A stretch of DNA of 58,581 bases from Candidatus Aenigmatarchaeota archaeon (GCA_020832825.1 JAJHRL010000002.1:1-58581); one strand, 5' to 3'; shown: positions 9,869 to 19,319, numbered from the stretch's first letter. Made by a program: numbers and translations. Notes: generated from the letters alone by a model not told the origin.

Positions 9869-11290
9869 ATGAAACCATATGAGTTAGTGGAAAGGATTGT
9901 GGAATATATACCCTCCATAGCCTCGCCTATTTACAGATTAAGTTTTAGAGAAAAACTTAAGTGGACATTTCTTATTCTCTTTTTTTACGTTTTTCTTTCT
10001 CACGTTCCAGTAATTGGGCTAAAATTAACACCAGAAGCACAATACCTCATAACCATCCAACATCTACTAGGTGCAAGATTTGGAAGTCTATTAACTTTAG
10101 GAATAGGGCCTTTAGTTACAGCAGGAATAATCCTTCAGCTTCTTGTAGGATCAAAGATAATAAACTTGGATGTAACTAAGCCAGAAGGGAGAAAAAAGTT
10201 TCAAGCTTTGGAGAAGTTTTTAGCTACACTATTTTGTTTTGTTGAGGCGCTTGCTTATGTAGCATTTGGTCCCTTAACTACGCTTCCAATCTTTTTGCCT
10301 TTTGTTATATTTCAGATAGCGCTTGGTGGCTTCTTAGTAATTTTAATGGATGATGCAATTGCAAAGTGGGGATTGGGGTCGGGGGTTAGTTTATTCATAG
10401 TAGTTGGAATTTCCACACAAATATTTGTTAGAATTTTCTCACCATTTCCACCTTCTTGCTCGTTTTCTAACTTATCGCTCTGCATACCATCAGCTACTAA
10501 TCTGCCTGTGGGTCTATTTTGGCAGATGTTGATAAACTTTTACAATAACAATCCTACAAATGCTCTTCTAGCCTTGTTTCCGATATTTTCCACACTTTTA
10601 CTTTTTCTTCTTGTAGTTTTCGTGCAAGGAATTAGTGTTGATGTCCCCCTTGCTTTTTCTGCTTTTAGAGGATTCGGAAGGGCATGGAGCTTAAAACTTC
10701 TATACACAAGCAACATTCCTGTAATTTTCGCGTGGGCTTTGTTAGCAAATTTACAACTAATATCGCGTGTAGGATTAACTTCAGTTAACGGCAAGATATG
10801 CGGTCCTTTAGGATGCTTTGATCGCAACGGTAATGCCATTAGTGGATTCGCATATTACATTTCATCTCCAAAAAGTATTGCATCCTTACTTATAGAGGGA
10901 ATGAACACCAACGAGCTTCTTAGAATTTTGATTCATTCTTTACTCTTAATTAGCCTAGCGATACTATTTTCAGTTATTTGGATAGAAACCAGCGGAATGG
11001 ATGCTAGATCTCTTGCGGAGCAACTTAGTATTATAGGAATGCAAATACCGGGCTACAGAAGAGATCCTAGAGTTATAGAGTCTGTCCTAAACAAGTATAT
11101 ACCACCACTATCTGTTTTAGGTGGATTAATCGTTGGATTGCTGGCTGTGATTGGAGATTTGCTAGGAGCAATTGGAGGCGGAATAGGATTGCTTTTAAGC
11201 GTGATGATAATTTATAACTATTATGAGATTATAAAAAATGAAGAGTTGGAAGGAGTTCCAGAATTCATTAAGAGATTTCTGGTGGGCTAA
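9869..11290 (+). CDS. secY: Preprotein translocase subunit SecY
   Basis: 473 aa with about 10 hydrophobic segments. LGIGPLVTAGIILQLL (TM2 plug region). Canonical position after L15. Confidence 0.95.
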   Translation: MKPYELVERIVEYIPSIASPIYRLSFREKLKWTFLILFFYVFLSHVPVIGLKLTPEAQYLITIQHLLGARFGSLLTLGIGPLVTAGIILQLLVGSKIINLDVTKPEGRKKFQALEKFLATLFCFVEALAYVAFGPLTTLPIFLPFVIFQIALGGFLVILMDDAIAKWGLGSGVSLFIVVGISTQIFVRIFSPFPPSCSFSNLSLCIPSATNLPVGLFWQMLINFYNNNPTNALLALFPIFSTLLLFLLVVFVQGISVDVPLAFSAFRGFGRAWSLKLLYTSNIPVIFAWALLANLQLISRVGLTSVNGKICGPLGCFDRNGNAISGFAYYISSPKSIASLLIEGMNTNELLRILIHSLLLISLAILFSVIWIETSGMDARSLAEQLSIIGMQIPGYRRDPRVIESVLNKYIPPLSVLGGLIVGLLAVIGDLLGAIGGGIGLLLSVMIIYNYYEIIKNEELEGVPEFIKRFLVG

Positions 11291-11752
11291 ATGATAGTGT
11301 CAGAGATAACAAAATTAATGGATATCATCTTTATGCCCCTATTAGATTTACATCCTATTCTTTCGTCTCTTTTTCTATCCCTCCTTTTTTCTATTCTTTC
11401 GGTTTTTTACCAGAGAATGAATATGAAGAAAAAAGAGATGAGTGAGCTAAGAAAAAAGCTTGAAGAAATGAAAAGAAAGCTTGAAAGAATGAAAAAAGTA
11501 AATCAAAAATCAAAGACAATACTTGACGAAATGATTAAGTTAAATGTGAGATTAATGAGAGAAAATCTAAAGATTGCAACTGTCTCTATTGTTCTGGGCA
11601 TTCTTTTTCTCTCTTGGATTTCTATTCACTATTCAAGTTATTACTTAAAGCTTCCATTTCCACTTTTCTCGAAGCTAAGGCTAGTATACTTCTACATACT
11701 ACTTTGCATGATTATAGGGACTGTCATCGGTAAAATTGCGGAGGTGAGATAA
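11291..11752 (+). CDS. DUF106 membrane protein (archaeal YidC/Oxa1/EMC3-like insertase candidate)
   Basis: TM - long K/E/M-rich coiled coil (KKKEMSELRKKLEEMKRKLERMKK) - TM - TM topology. Sits at the secY-downstream position where DUF106 genes lie in archaeal clusters. Confidence 0.55.
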   Translation: MIVSEITKLMDIIFMPLLDLHPILSSLFLSLLFSILSVFYQRMNMKKKEMSELRKKLEEMKRKLERMKKVNQKSKTILDEMIKLNVRLMRENLKIATVSIVLGILFLSWISIHYSSYYLKLPFPLFSKLRLVYFYILLCMIIGTVIGKIAEVR

Positions 11753-12138
11753 TGGAGATAGGACAGATCTGTGTTAAGACTGTTGGAAAGGAGAGAGGAA
11801 AATACTGTGTTGTTATAAAGAAAATAGATGAAAACTTCGTTCTTGTAAGTGGACCAAAGTTTTTGACAGGCGTTAAAAGAAGAAGAGCAAATATTATTCA
11901 CCTTCAACCACTACAATATAAGCTCGAAGTTAGAGAAGATGCAAGTGACGAAGAAATCTTAGAAGCTTGGAAGAAAAGTGGTCTAATTGAAAAATTCGGG
12001 TTAAAATTACCATCAGCAGCTGAATTAAAAAAACAATTACAAGCTAAAGAAGGAAAAGTGGAAGCAGAAGAAAAAGGTGAAAAGGAAAAGAAAGAAACAA
12101 GTAAAGCAAAGAAAAAAGAGAAAGCAAAGAAGGAATAG
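11752..12138 (+). CDS. rpl14e: 50S ribosomal protein L14e (eL14) with K/E-rich C-terminal tail
   Basis: KOW-like N-terminus IGQICVKTVGKERGKYCVVIKKID, then RRRANIIHLQP. The last ~45 aa are a low-complexity K/E tail. Confidence 0.8.
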   Translation: MEIGQICVKTVGKERGKYCVVIKKIDENFVLVSGPKFLTGVKRRRANIIHLQPLQYKLEVREDASDEEILEAWKKSGLIEKFGLKLPSAAELKKQLQAKEGKVEAEEKGEKEKKETSKAKKKEKAKKE

Positions 12139-12148
12139 AAGCTGAAGT

Positions 12149-12234
12149 TGGGCCCGGTGGGATTTGAACCCACGATCTCCGGGTATCTTCTAATTCCGAA
12201 GCCCGGCGCCTTATCCTTGCTAGGCTACGGGCCC
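12149..12234 (-). tRNA. tRNA-Arg(UCG) with an 11-nt intron at the canonical 37/38 position
   Basis: Reverse complement folds as acceptor GGGCCCG/CGGGCCC, D arm GCCT..AGGC, anticodon stem CCGGG/CCCGG, T arm GTGGG-TTCAAAT-CCCAC, discriminator A. 18 nt lie between the anticodon-stem halves: CTTCGG + AATTAGAAGAT + A. Confidence 0.8.
12185..12195 (-). other. tRNA-Arg intron (AAUUAGAAGAU)
   Basis: Loop residues CUUC (32-35) pair with intron GAAG. A 3-nt bulge AU|A lies on the 3' side. The 5' site lies in a 7-nt loop, so this is a relaxed bulge-helix-loop rather than a full BHB. Confidence 0.65.
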
Positions 12235-12280
12235 AATATAAGAAGTAGAAAAATTAAAATAAAGAAAAGAAGAAAAGAAT

Positions 12281-13318
12281 TTATTTCAGAATTCCTAAAC
12301 TTTCATTCGTCATTTTTATGCTTCTCCACTTGTCTTTTTCTATTCCAGTTATAGCTCTTATAGCATCTATGTTTTCCGGAATAACATCAGCTTCCTGATG
12401 AACAACTTGCATCCATCTTACTTTATTTCCTTCAACGCTTATGCTATCTCTTAATACAACAATTTCATACATATCATTTCTAGGTCTACAATAATCTCTA
12501 AACTTTTCTATGATTTTTGATGTAGCTGGATACTCTTTCATGTCTAACAAAATTACTCTTGTTTGATCTTCAAATGCTTTTATTATCTCTTCTTTGCTGA
12601 CTCTTTTCATTAACGTTGTCTCTACTATGTGGGTATGTGCTAATGTTGTTGGTACTTTTACTGCCATTGTGAATATATTTAAGTTTGACATTACTGTTCT
12701 TACATCTTCTCCATGATGAGACGGAACCTCTTCAAATTCTATAGCATTTATCGGACCTTTTTTATGTTCATGAGGATCTGCAGCCCTTCTTACTACAGCA
12801 ACAAAAACATAGGCAATTCCAAACTTTTCAATTGCACTTAAAGTTCTTATTAAGCCTGTTGTATTACAACTAGGAACCCTAACAAATTTTTTTCCAAAAG
12901 CCTTTTCATAATTCACTACTGCATTAAATGTCATCTCTGCAACATCTGCATCTTCTCCGCCTTGAAATATTGCTTTAACGTTGTACTTGGAGTAATATTT
13001 GTCTCTGTATTCTTTTCCTAAACCTTCTGGTGTTGCATCAATTATCACATCAATTTCTCCTTTTTTCAGAAGGTCTTCTAGAGTCCCATTGACAATCATT
13101 TTTGCTTCTTTAAATTTCTTTAGTGATTCTTCATTTGTCGCATAAAGGTCTGTACCATAAAGTGGCCCCTGAGGTTCTAATACTGTTTTTATTGTTGAGT
13201 CAGGAGAATATCCAACTATTGCTCTTAACCTCATATCTTTCTGTAGCTTTATTGCATGTGCAATTCTCTTTCCGATTGTTCCTATTCCGTGGACAGCAAC
13301 GTTTATCATAAACACCAC
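12281..13318 (-). CDS. gap: Glyceraldehyde-3-phosphate dehydrogenase, archaeal type II
   Basis: INVAVHGIGTIGKR Rossmann start, active-site SCNTTGL, about 340 aa. The real start is probably the ATG at 13309. Confidence 0.9.
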   Translation of the reverse strand: MVFMINVAVHGIGTIGKRIAHAIKLQKDMRLRAIVGYSPDSTIKTVLEPQGPLYGTDLYATNEESLKKFKEAKMIVNGTLEDLLKKGEIDVIIDATPEGLGKEYRDKYYSKYNVKAIFQGGEDADVAEMTFNAVVNYEKAFGKKFVRVPSCNTTGLIRTLSAIEKFGIAYVFVAVVRRAADPHEHKKGPINAIEFEEVPSHHGEDVRTVMSNLNIFTMAVKVPTTLAHTHIVETTLMKRVSKEEIIKAFEDQTRVILLDMKEYPATSKIIEKFRDYCRPRNDMYEIVVLRDSISVEGNKVRWMQVVHQEADVIPENIDAIRAITGIEKDKWRSIKMTNESLGILK

Positions 13319-13367
13319 TTTTATTTATTTTGAAAGCTAAAAGAAAATTTTTTAAGCTTTTTTAGAA

Positions 13368-14240
13368 ATGAATAAAAAGATTTTTATGGAAAAAGTTGAT
13401 TGGAGTATATTGAGAAAAATTTATAAAAAAAGAGACGATTGGGTTCACAAGCATGATTTTGGAAATTTGTTGGTTATAGGAGGAAGTAAGCTTTATCCAA
13501 CAACTCCAGTTTTAGCAGCTCTCGCTGCTTATAGAGCTGGAGTGGATTGGGTTACCATCGCTGCTCCTCAAGAAGCTTCTAAAATAATAGCAAGTTATTC
13601 TCCAAACTTAATGGTTCATCCTTTCAAAGGAGATTTTCTTTCAAATGAAGTTATAGACGAGCTTGTTAAAATTTCTGAAAAAAGAGATGCTATTGAAATA
13701 GGTGGCGGTTTAACAAGAGATGAAAAAGTTTTGGAAGCAATTTTTGAATATTTAAAGAGAATAGATAAACCAGTAGTAATTGACGACGATGCAATATATG
13801 CTTTTGCAAAATATAAAAACGAGTTGAGAGGAAAAAATTTTGTTTTGACCCCCCATTCTTACGAATTTTTTGTTTTAAGCGGAATAAATGTTAGCAATGA
13901 TTTGAATGAAAGAATAAATGCTGTTAAAAACTTTGCAAAGGAATATCGTGTAACGGTTCTACTGAAAGGACACATAGATGTTATTTCTGACGGCGAGAGA
14001 GTTGCAATAAATACTTCTGGTTGTGTAACGATGACAAAAGCCGGATTAGGTAACACCTTAGCAGGGATTTTGGCTGCTTATCTTGCTAGAAAAGTAGACA
14101 GTTTTACTGCTGCTTGCGCTGCGGCTTTTGTTAATGGTAAAGCTGGCGAATTGGCATCGAAAAAATTTAGTGAAGGTATTTTACCAACAGATTTAATTGA
14201 GTTCATTCCAGAAGTTATAAAAAGAGTCAGAAAGTACTGA
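13368..14240 (+). CDS. nnrD: ADP-dependent NAD(P)H-hydrate dehydratase (YjeF C-terminal / carbohydrate-kinase type)
   Basis: HKHDFGNLLVIGGS, LTPHSYEF, and KAGLGNTLAGILAAY motifs typical of the YjeF_C family. Confidence 0.8.
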   Translation: MNKKIFMEKVDWSILRKIYKKRDDWVHKHDFGNLLVIGGSKLYPTTPVLAALAAYRAGVDWVTIAAPQEASKIIASYSPNLMVHPFKGDFLSNEVIDELVKISEKRDAIEIGGGLTRDEKVLEAIFEYLKRIDKPVVIDDDAIYAFAKYKNELRGKNFVLTPHSYEFFVLSGINVSNDLNERINAVKNFAKEYRVTVLLKGHIDVISDGERVAINTSGCVTMTKAGLGNTLAGILAAYLARKVDSFTAACAAAFVNGKAGELASKKFSEGILPTDLIEFIPEVIKRVRKY

Positions 14241-14263
14241 TTTATAAACTTTAAAAGACAAAA

Positions 14264-14458
14264 ATGAGTATGTCGAAAGTAGTTGTTGATCAAAAACTCT
14301 GTATTGGATGTGGTCTATGTGCTTCTATGCTACCAGAAGTCTTTCAAATGGATGATAGTGGAAAATCGACAATCAAGAACGAAAATGGAGCTCCTTTAGA
14401 GAAAATAAAAGAGATTGCCAACATGTGTCCAGCAAAAGCTATCAAAGTTAAAAAGTAG
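14264..14458 (+). CDS. Small single-cluster ferredoxin
   Basis: 64 aa, with CIGCGLC ... CP pattern (C-x2-C-x2-C ... CP). Confidence 0.8.
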   Translation: MSMSKVVVDQKLCIGCGLCASMLPEVFQMDDSGKSTIKNENGAPLEKIKEIANMCPAKAIKVKK

Positions 14459-14475
14459 TTACTCACAATAATTTA

Positions 14476-15399
14476 ATGAGAATTAAGGAATTGGAGAAAT
14501 TTGAAAGCGTAAAGAGGATGATTCGAGAATTAAGTTTATTAACGAGAAGCGAGAACACTAAAAAAACCTATTTAAAAGGGTTGGCAAAGTTTTTAGAGTA
14601 TAAACAAATACAAGATTTAGATTCATTCGTAGAGAAAGTTAAAGAAAGTCAAAATCAAGACGAAATTGTTAAGGATTTTGCTGTTTATTTAGCTAATAAG
14701 AATTTGGCGCCCAAGTCGGTTGCTGCATGGGTTTCTTCTTTGAAAAAATTTTTTAACTCCAATGGTTTAAGGGTGAATGTTGATATACCGTTAAGAATAT
14801 TTAATATCCATGAAGATACTTTACCAGAAAAAGAAGATTTGAAAAGAATTGTAGAGGAAGCTGATCTAAGGATGAAAGTAGTAATAACTATGCTTGCGTC
14901 TTCAGGGATGAGAATCGGAGAACTTCATAACTTGAAATTAGGTGATATAGATTTAACTAAAGAAGTGCCGACAGTTAGAATTAGAGGAATAGGCTCTAAG
15001 GAAAGAAAAAGTAGAATAACATTCATAAGTAAGGAAGCCAGAAAATTTTTGGAAGAGTATTTAAATCGAAGGAAGGAGCTGGGCGAGGAGTTAAACGAAA
15101 ATTCTCCAGTTATAGCTAGAGAGGATGGTAAACCTATGAGTTATCAAAACATACATTATTTGCTGGAAAAACTTTTTAGAAAGCACTCTAAAAAAGTTGG
15201 AAAGAGGTTTACGCTTCACACACACTGCCTAAGAAAATGGTTTAAAACTCAAATGCTTACAGCAGGAGTACCAGCACCTATTGTTGATAGATTAATGGGG
15301 CATGCAAGATATCTTGCTCATGAATACGAGCTTTATACTGAAGAACAACTAAGAGAATGGTATTTGAAAGGAATACATGCTGTAACAATTTTAGAGTAA
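14476..15399 (+). CDS. Tyrosine recombinase (XerA-like / phage-integrase family)
   Basis: N-terminal SAM-like domain (TKKTYLKGLAKFLEY). Catalytic-domain residues SGMRIGEL (R), HCLRKWF (HxxR), MGH ... Y near the C-terminus. Confidence 0.8.
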   Translation: MRIKELEKFESVKRMIRELSLLTRSENTKKTYLKGLAKFLEYKQIQDLDSFVEKVKESQNQDEIVKDFAVYLANKNLAPKSVAAWVSSLKKFFNSNGLRVNVDIPLRIFNIHEDTLPEKEDLKRIVEEADLRMKVVITMLASSGMRIGELHNLKLGDIDLTKEVPTVRIRGIGSKERKSRITFISKEARKFLEEYLNRRKELGEELNENSPVIAREDGKPMSYQNIHYLLEKLFRKHSKKVGKRFTLHTHCLRKWFKTQMLTAGVPAPIVDRLMGHARYLAHEYELYTEEQLREWYLKGIHAVTILE

Positions 15400-15684
15400 C
15401 TATTTTATCTTCTTCATTCTAGATAATTTGGAGAGGAGAGTATCAAATAATCTAGCTATCTCTTCACCAGAATCCGTCAACTTAACCATCTTTATTCTAC
15501 CTTTTTCTTCAAATTCAACTAATCCAAGCTCATTAAAAATGTCAAGTAACTTTATAGCATGAGAATAGGTTATATCAACTTCTTTTGCTATTAATGTAAC
15601 GTATTTTGGACCTGATCTCAAAGAGGTTAAGATTTTTACAGGTTTTACATGGAGAAAATATGCAAGAGGTTTATCACTTTCCAT
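15400..15684 (-). CDS. Winged-helix transcription regulator (ArsR/MarR-like)
   Basis: 94 aa with an HTH-like LIAKEVDITYSHAIKLLDIFNELGLVE followed by a beta-wing (KGRIKMVKLT). Abuts the recombinase stop codon. Confidence 0.6.
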   Translation of the reverse strand: MESDKPLAYFLHVKPVKILTSLRSGPKYVTLIAKEVDITYSHAIKLLDIFNELGLVEFEEKGRIKMVKLTDSGEEIARLFDTLLSKLSRMKKIK

Positions 15685-15733
15685 AATAAAGTTTCTTCAG
15701 GTTATTTAAATCTTCCTCAGGCAACAAAATTTT

Positions 15734-17398
15734 ATGAAAATAGAGGAAATAGCTTTGAAGTATTCTTTGCTAAATGCAAAACAGTATGGAAAAGCGAGAG
15801 AAGATGCTGTGATAAAGAGAGTGCTAGCAGAAATGCCTGAAGCAAAGAAAGAGGTTAAAAAAGTAGTCGAGATTGTAAGAAAGATGGTTGAGAAAGTCAA
15901 CTTATTAAGTAAAGAAGAAATAGAAAGAAAAATTTCGGAGCTTAACATCCAAGAAATTAAAGAGGAAAAAGAGAGAAAAGAACTACTGCCAGAACTTCCT
16001 GATGCTGAACAAGGAAAGGTAATTATGAGATTGGCGCCTTTTCCATCAGGTCCTCTTCATATTGGAAATGCTAGGATGGCGATTTTAAACGATTATTATG
16101 TGAAAAAATACAATGGGAAGCTAATTTTATTCTACGATGACACAATTGGAAGCGAGGAGAAACCTATTGATAAAGAAGCTTATGAGTTAATAAAGGATGG
16201 GCTTGATTGGCTTGGTGTGAGGTATCATGAAATTTTGTACAAGTCTGATAGATTAGAAATTTACTACAAGTATGCAGAAGAGCTAATAAAAATGGGAAGA
16301 GCATATGTTTGTACTTGTAGTAAGGAAGAAATACGAAAAAATAGAAGGCTTGGAGTACAGTGCTTATGTAGAGGAAGAAGCATTGATGAAAATCTTAGTT
16401 TATTCAAACAAATGCTGGAAGGAAAAATTCCAGAAGGAAAGGCAGTAGTTAGATTAAAAACTGATATGAAGCATCCTAATCCTGCGTTTAGGGACAGAGT
16501 CTTACTAAGAATTTGTGAAAGAGAACATCCACGAGTTGGTAAAAAATATAGGGTTTGGCCAATGCTAGAGTTCTCTTGGGCAATAGATGATTATCTAATC
16601 GGCACCACACATATCTTAAGGGGAAAGGAACTCGTTATTGAAGATATGATGGAAGAATATATTTGGAATATATTTGGATGGAAGAAGGCAAAGTTTATTC
16701 ACTACGGGTTGCTAAGATTAAAGGAGGAGGGTGCTAAATTAAGCAAATCGAAGACGAGAAAGTTAATCGAAAAAGGAGAAATAAAAGGATGGGATGATCC
16801 AAGAACTTGGAGTCTTCAATCTTTAAGAAAGAGAGGGTTTCAACCAGAAGCAATAAGAAACTTTATATTGAAGCTTGGTTTAAGCGAAGCTGATATTACA
16901 ATGCCAGTAGATATTCTTTATGCTGAAAACAGAAAAATCATTGATAAAATTGCAAATAGGTATTTTGCCGTTTTAAATCCTGTTAGAATAAAGCTTGACT
17001 ATAACATAAGAAAAGTTGTAGTAAAATACCATCCAGATTATCCTGAGAGAGGAACAAGAGAAATACATGTAGATCCTAGTGAAATCTACGTAGAAAAAGA
17101 AGATCTAGAAAAACTGAAAGGAAAGGAAGCAGCTCTTATAGGAATGTTTACAGTTAAACTTGATACCATTTCAAGTTTTGTTAGCATGGAAGTAAAGGAT
17201 GAGGTACCAAAGATTCATTGGGTTTCGGTTCCGTATGTTAAAATAAAAATTGTGATGCCAAATGGTAGCGAAAAAGAGGCTATAGCAGAAGAAAGCGTCA
17301 AATACTTAAAGGAAGGGGAAATAGTACAATTTTATAGGGTTGGTTTTTGCAGGCTAGATAATAAGGAGACTCTAACATTTTATTTTGCCCACAAATAA
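15734..17398 (+). CDS. gltX: Glutamyl-tRNA synthetase, archaeal/eukaryotic (GlxRS) type
   Basis: Class I signature PSGPLHIGNAR (HIGH variant) and KLSKS (KMSKS variant). 554 aa with the usual ~95-aa archaeal N-terminal extension. Confidence 0.9.
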   Translation: MKIEEIALKYSLLNAKQYGKAREDAVIKRVLAEMPEAKKEVKKVVEIVRKMVEKVNLLSKEEIERKISELNIQEIKEEKERKELLPELPDAEQGKVIMRLAPFPSGPLHIGNARMAILNDYYVKKYNGKLILFYDDTIGSEEKPIDKEAYELIKDGLDWLGVRYHEILYKSDRLEIYYKYAEELIKMGRAYVCTCSKEEIRKNRRLGVQCLCRGRSIDENLSLFKQMLEGKIPEGKAVVRLKTDMKHPNPAFRDRVLLRICEREHPRVGKKYRVWPMLEFSWAIDDYLIGTTHILRGKELVIEDMMEEYIWNIFGWKKAKFIHYGLLRLKEEGAKLSKSKTRKLIEKGEIKGWDDPRTWSLQSLRKRGFQPEAIRNFILKLGLSEADITMPVDILYAENRKIIDKIANRYFAVLNPVRIKLDYNIRKVVVKYHPDYPERGTREIHVDPSEIYVEKEDLEKLKGKEAALIGMFTVKLDTISSFVSMEVKDEVPKIHWVSVPYVKIKIVMPNGSEKEAIAEESVKYLKEGEIVQFYRVGFCRLDNKETLTFYFAHK

Positions 17399-17457
17399 TT
17401 GAAGAATCAAAAACTTTAAAAAGAGTTAAATAAATTATTGAATGTTAAGGTGATAGA

Positions 17458-17874
17458 ATGAAGGCATACGTAAAATTCGAACCAACAGAAGAACTGATTA
17501 AAAAAACACTAAAATTAGTTGAGGCCGTTGCTACTACTCAAAAGGCTAAAGAAGAAGCGTTAAAGAAAGAAGGAAAAAAACTGGAGGAAAAAATGATTAG
17601 GAGAGGAACAAATGAGGTTACGAAGGCTGTAGATAGAGGAAAGGCTAAACTTGTTGTTATAGCTATGGATGTTGAACCAGAAGAGGTTGTCATGCATCTA
17701 CCTCCTCTATGCGAAGAGAAGGGCGTTCCATACACATATGTTCCATCCAAACTTGAACTTGGAAAAGCTTCTGGCATAGAAGTTCAGGCAGCTGCAGTAG
17801 CCATAATAGACGCTGGAGAGCATTCTAAGCTTTTAGAGGAAGTTGTAAAAGAGGTTCAAAGATTAAAGAAGTGA
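17458..17874 (+). CDS. rpl7ae: 50S ribosomal protein L7Ae (K-turn binder), with a K/E-rich insertion
   Basis: [30 protein letters not shown]...[20 protein letters not shown] Shine-Dalgarno 6 nt upstream. Confidence 0.9.
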   Translation: MKAYVKFEPTEELIKKTLKLVEAVATTQKAKEEALKKEGKKLEEKMIRRGTNEVTKAVDRGKAKLVVIAMDVEPEEVVMHLPPLCEEKGVPYTYVPSKLELGKASGIEVQAAAVAIIDAGEHSKLLEEVVKEVQRLKK

Positions 17875-17879
17875 TTTAG

Positions 17880-18086
17880 ATGAAGGATGCCTATGCAGCA
17901 GAAGTTATAGAAGTTTTAGAGGCATCTGGTGTTAAGGGAGTAAGACAGGTAAGGTGTAGACTTATCGAAGGACCTGAGGCAGGAAGGATTTTGATAAGAA
18001 ATGTTGTTGGTCCTGTTAGAGTTGGAGATATTTTAATGTTGAGAGAAATAGAGATGGAAGTTGCAATGAAGTTGGAGCAAAGGTAG
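17880..18086 (+). CDS. rps28e: 30S ribosomal protein S28e (eS28)
   Basis: VIEVL...[12 protein letters not shown]...[17 protein letters not shown], 68 aa. Canonical L7Ae-S28e-L24e order. Confidence 0.9.
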   Translation: MKDAYAAEVIEVLEASGVKGVRQVRCRLIEGPEAGRILIRNVVGPVRVGDILMLREIEMEVAMKLEQR

Positions 18087-18092
18087 TTTTTC

Positions 18093-18254
18093 ATGAAATG
18101 TAGTTTTTGTAACTCAGAAATAAAACTTGGTACTGGTAAGATTTTTGTTAAAAACAGCGGGGAAATACTTTACTTTTGCTCTCGGAAATGCGAAAGATAT
18201 TACTTCATGGGAAGAAAGAAAGAGAGATTGAAATGGATAAAAAAGAAGAAATAA
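18093..18254 (+). CDS. rpl24e: 50S ribosomal protein L24e (eL24); below the ORF-track size cutoff
   Basis: Own translation: [53 protein letters not shown] (53 aa). C-x2-C ... C-x3-C zinc-ribbon pattern and position after S28e. Confidence 0.85.
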   Translation: MKCSFCNSEIKLGTGKIFVKNSGEILYFCSRKCERYYFMGRKKERLKWIKKKK

Positions 18255-19286
18255 GTGGTGATTCTAGTGAGATTTGGAATAGAATTCGAAGAAAGTGTAT
18301 TCGAAAAAATACTTAAGATTTTGAAAGAATGTGAAGGAAAGGAAGTGAAAGTAGAAGATCTTCTGAAGCTTTGTTTTGAACATGAGATAAAATCATCAGA
18401 TTATCTTTTTTTGGTTTTACAAGAACTTTCTTCAGCGAAGTTGATAGAAAGTTCTAAAGGGAGCATTAAAGTTGGTAATATTCCTCAAGAATTTATAGAG
18501 AAGATAAAGGAAAATTTAAAGGAAAGGATTAAAAGAGTGAAAAAGGTTTTTGTTACGCCTTTAGAAGTTGCTAAATTCTATCAATGTCCAAGAAGGTTAT
18601 GGCTTGAAAAGATTGTGGTATCAAAACAGGAAAAGGAAAAAGTGGGAAAGGTCTGGGATGGTGAAGCAGTACATCTTGCAGTAAAGCTAATGATAGAGAA
18701 TATGCAAAAGGAAAAAGATGAAAATTTTCTAATATTAACAGCAAGTGAAGAAGCTATAAAAAAGTACGAAGGGATGATTCAGTTGGAGAAGAAAACTTTA
18801 GAAGATTTTTTAAGAAAATTTTTAGAGCTAATAAAAGACGAGAATTTTGTATCTCTCTATTCAGAAAGAACAATAGAATCTTTGAAGGAAGGAATAATAG
18901 GTTCAATAGATGTTATAGGATTTAAAGAGAATGAGGTTGTTCCGATTGAAATAAAGTACGCTGCATTTAAAGGAAAACTGAAAAAAGAGCATTTACTTCA
19001 AAGTGTAGGTGAAAGCATGCTTGCAGGTAGCTATTTCAGGAAGACTGTTAGATATTCATATCTTGTTTATTTTCAGACAAATTCATTAATCAAAATTGAA
19101 ATGAATGAGAATCTTGTGAGACAGTTTTCTAATTTAAAAAAGCAAATGCAAAAGCTTTACTCAACAGGAAGGATCCCACCAAAAAGTAAATTGCCTAATT
19201 ACGTTAAGAGAGTATGTCAGGGGTGTCATGTCAGAAAGGCATGTGAAAACATAGAGTTTTGGAAGAAAGCACCTAAAAAATACTAA
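18255..19286 (+). CDS. Cas4-like PD-(D/E)XK exonuclease with 4-Cys cluster, N-terminal wHTH-like extension
   Basis: YQCPRRLWLEK (N-terminal Cys), IGSIDVIGF...VVPIEIKY (D...E-x-K core), C-terminal CQGCHVRKAC (C-x2-C-x5-C). GTG start directly after the L24e stop. Confidence 0.65.
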   Translation: MVILVRFGIEFEESVFEKILKILKECEGKEVKVEDLLKLCFEHEIKSSDYLFLVLQELSSAKLIESSKGSIKVGNIPQEFIEKIKENLKERIKRVKKVFVTPLEVAKFYQCPRRLWLEKIVVSKQEKEKVGKVWDGEAVHLAVKLMIENMQKEKDENFLILTASEEAIKKYEGMIQLEKKTLEDFLRKFLELIKDENFVSLYSERTIESLKEGIIGSIDVIGFKENEVVPIEIKYAAFKGKLKKEHLLQSVGESMLAGSYFRKTVRYSYLVYFQTNSLIKIEMNENLVRQFSNLKKQMQKLYSTGRIPPKSKLPNYVKRVCQGCHVRKACENIEFWKKAPKKY

Positions 19287-19319
19287 ACTTTTTCTTTAGT
19301 CTAGTTAAATATTGATAGA

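Noticed and set aside
12148-12354. 68-aa plus-strand ORF
   Set aside because: It is the antisense translation of the tRNA-Arg gene plus the 3' end of gap, so it is spurious.
12149-15684. tRNA-Arg plus tyrosine recombinase as borders of an integrated element
   Set aside because: Housekeeping genes (gap, nnrD, ferredoxin) lie between them. I found no second copy of the tRNA 3' half by eye. The recombinase has the general features of the chromosomal XerA type.
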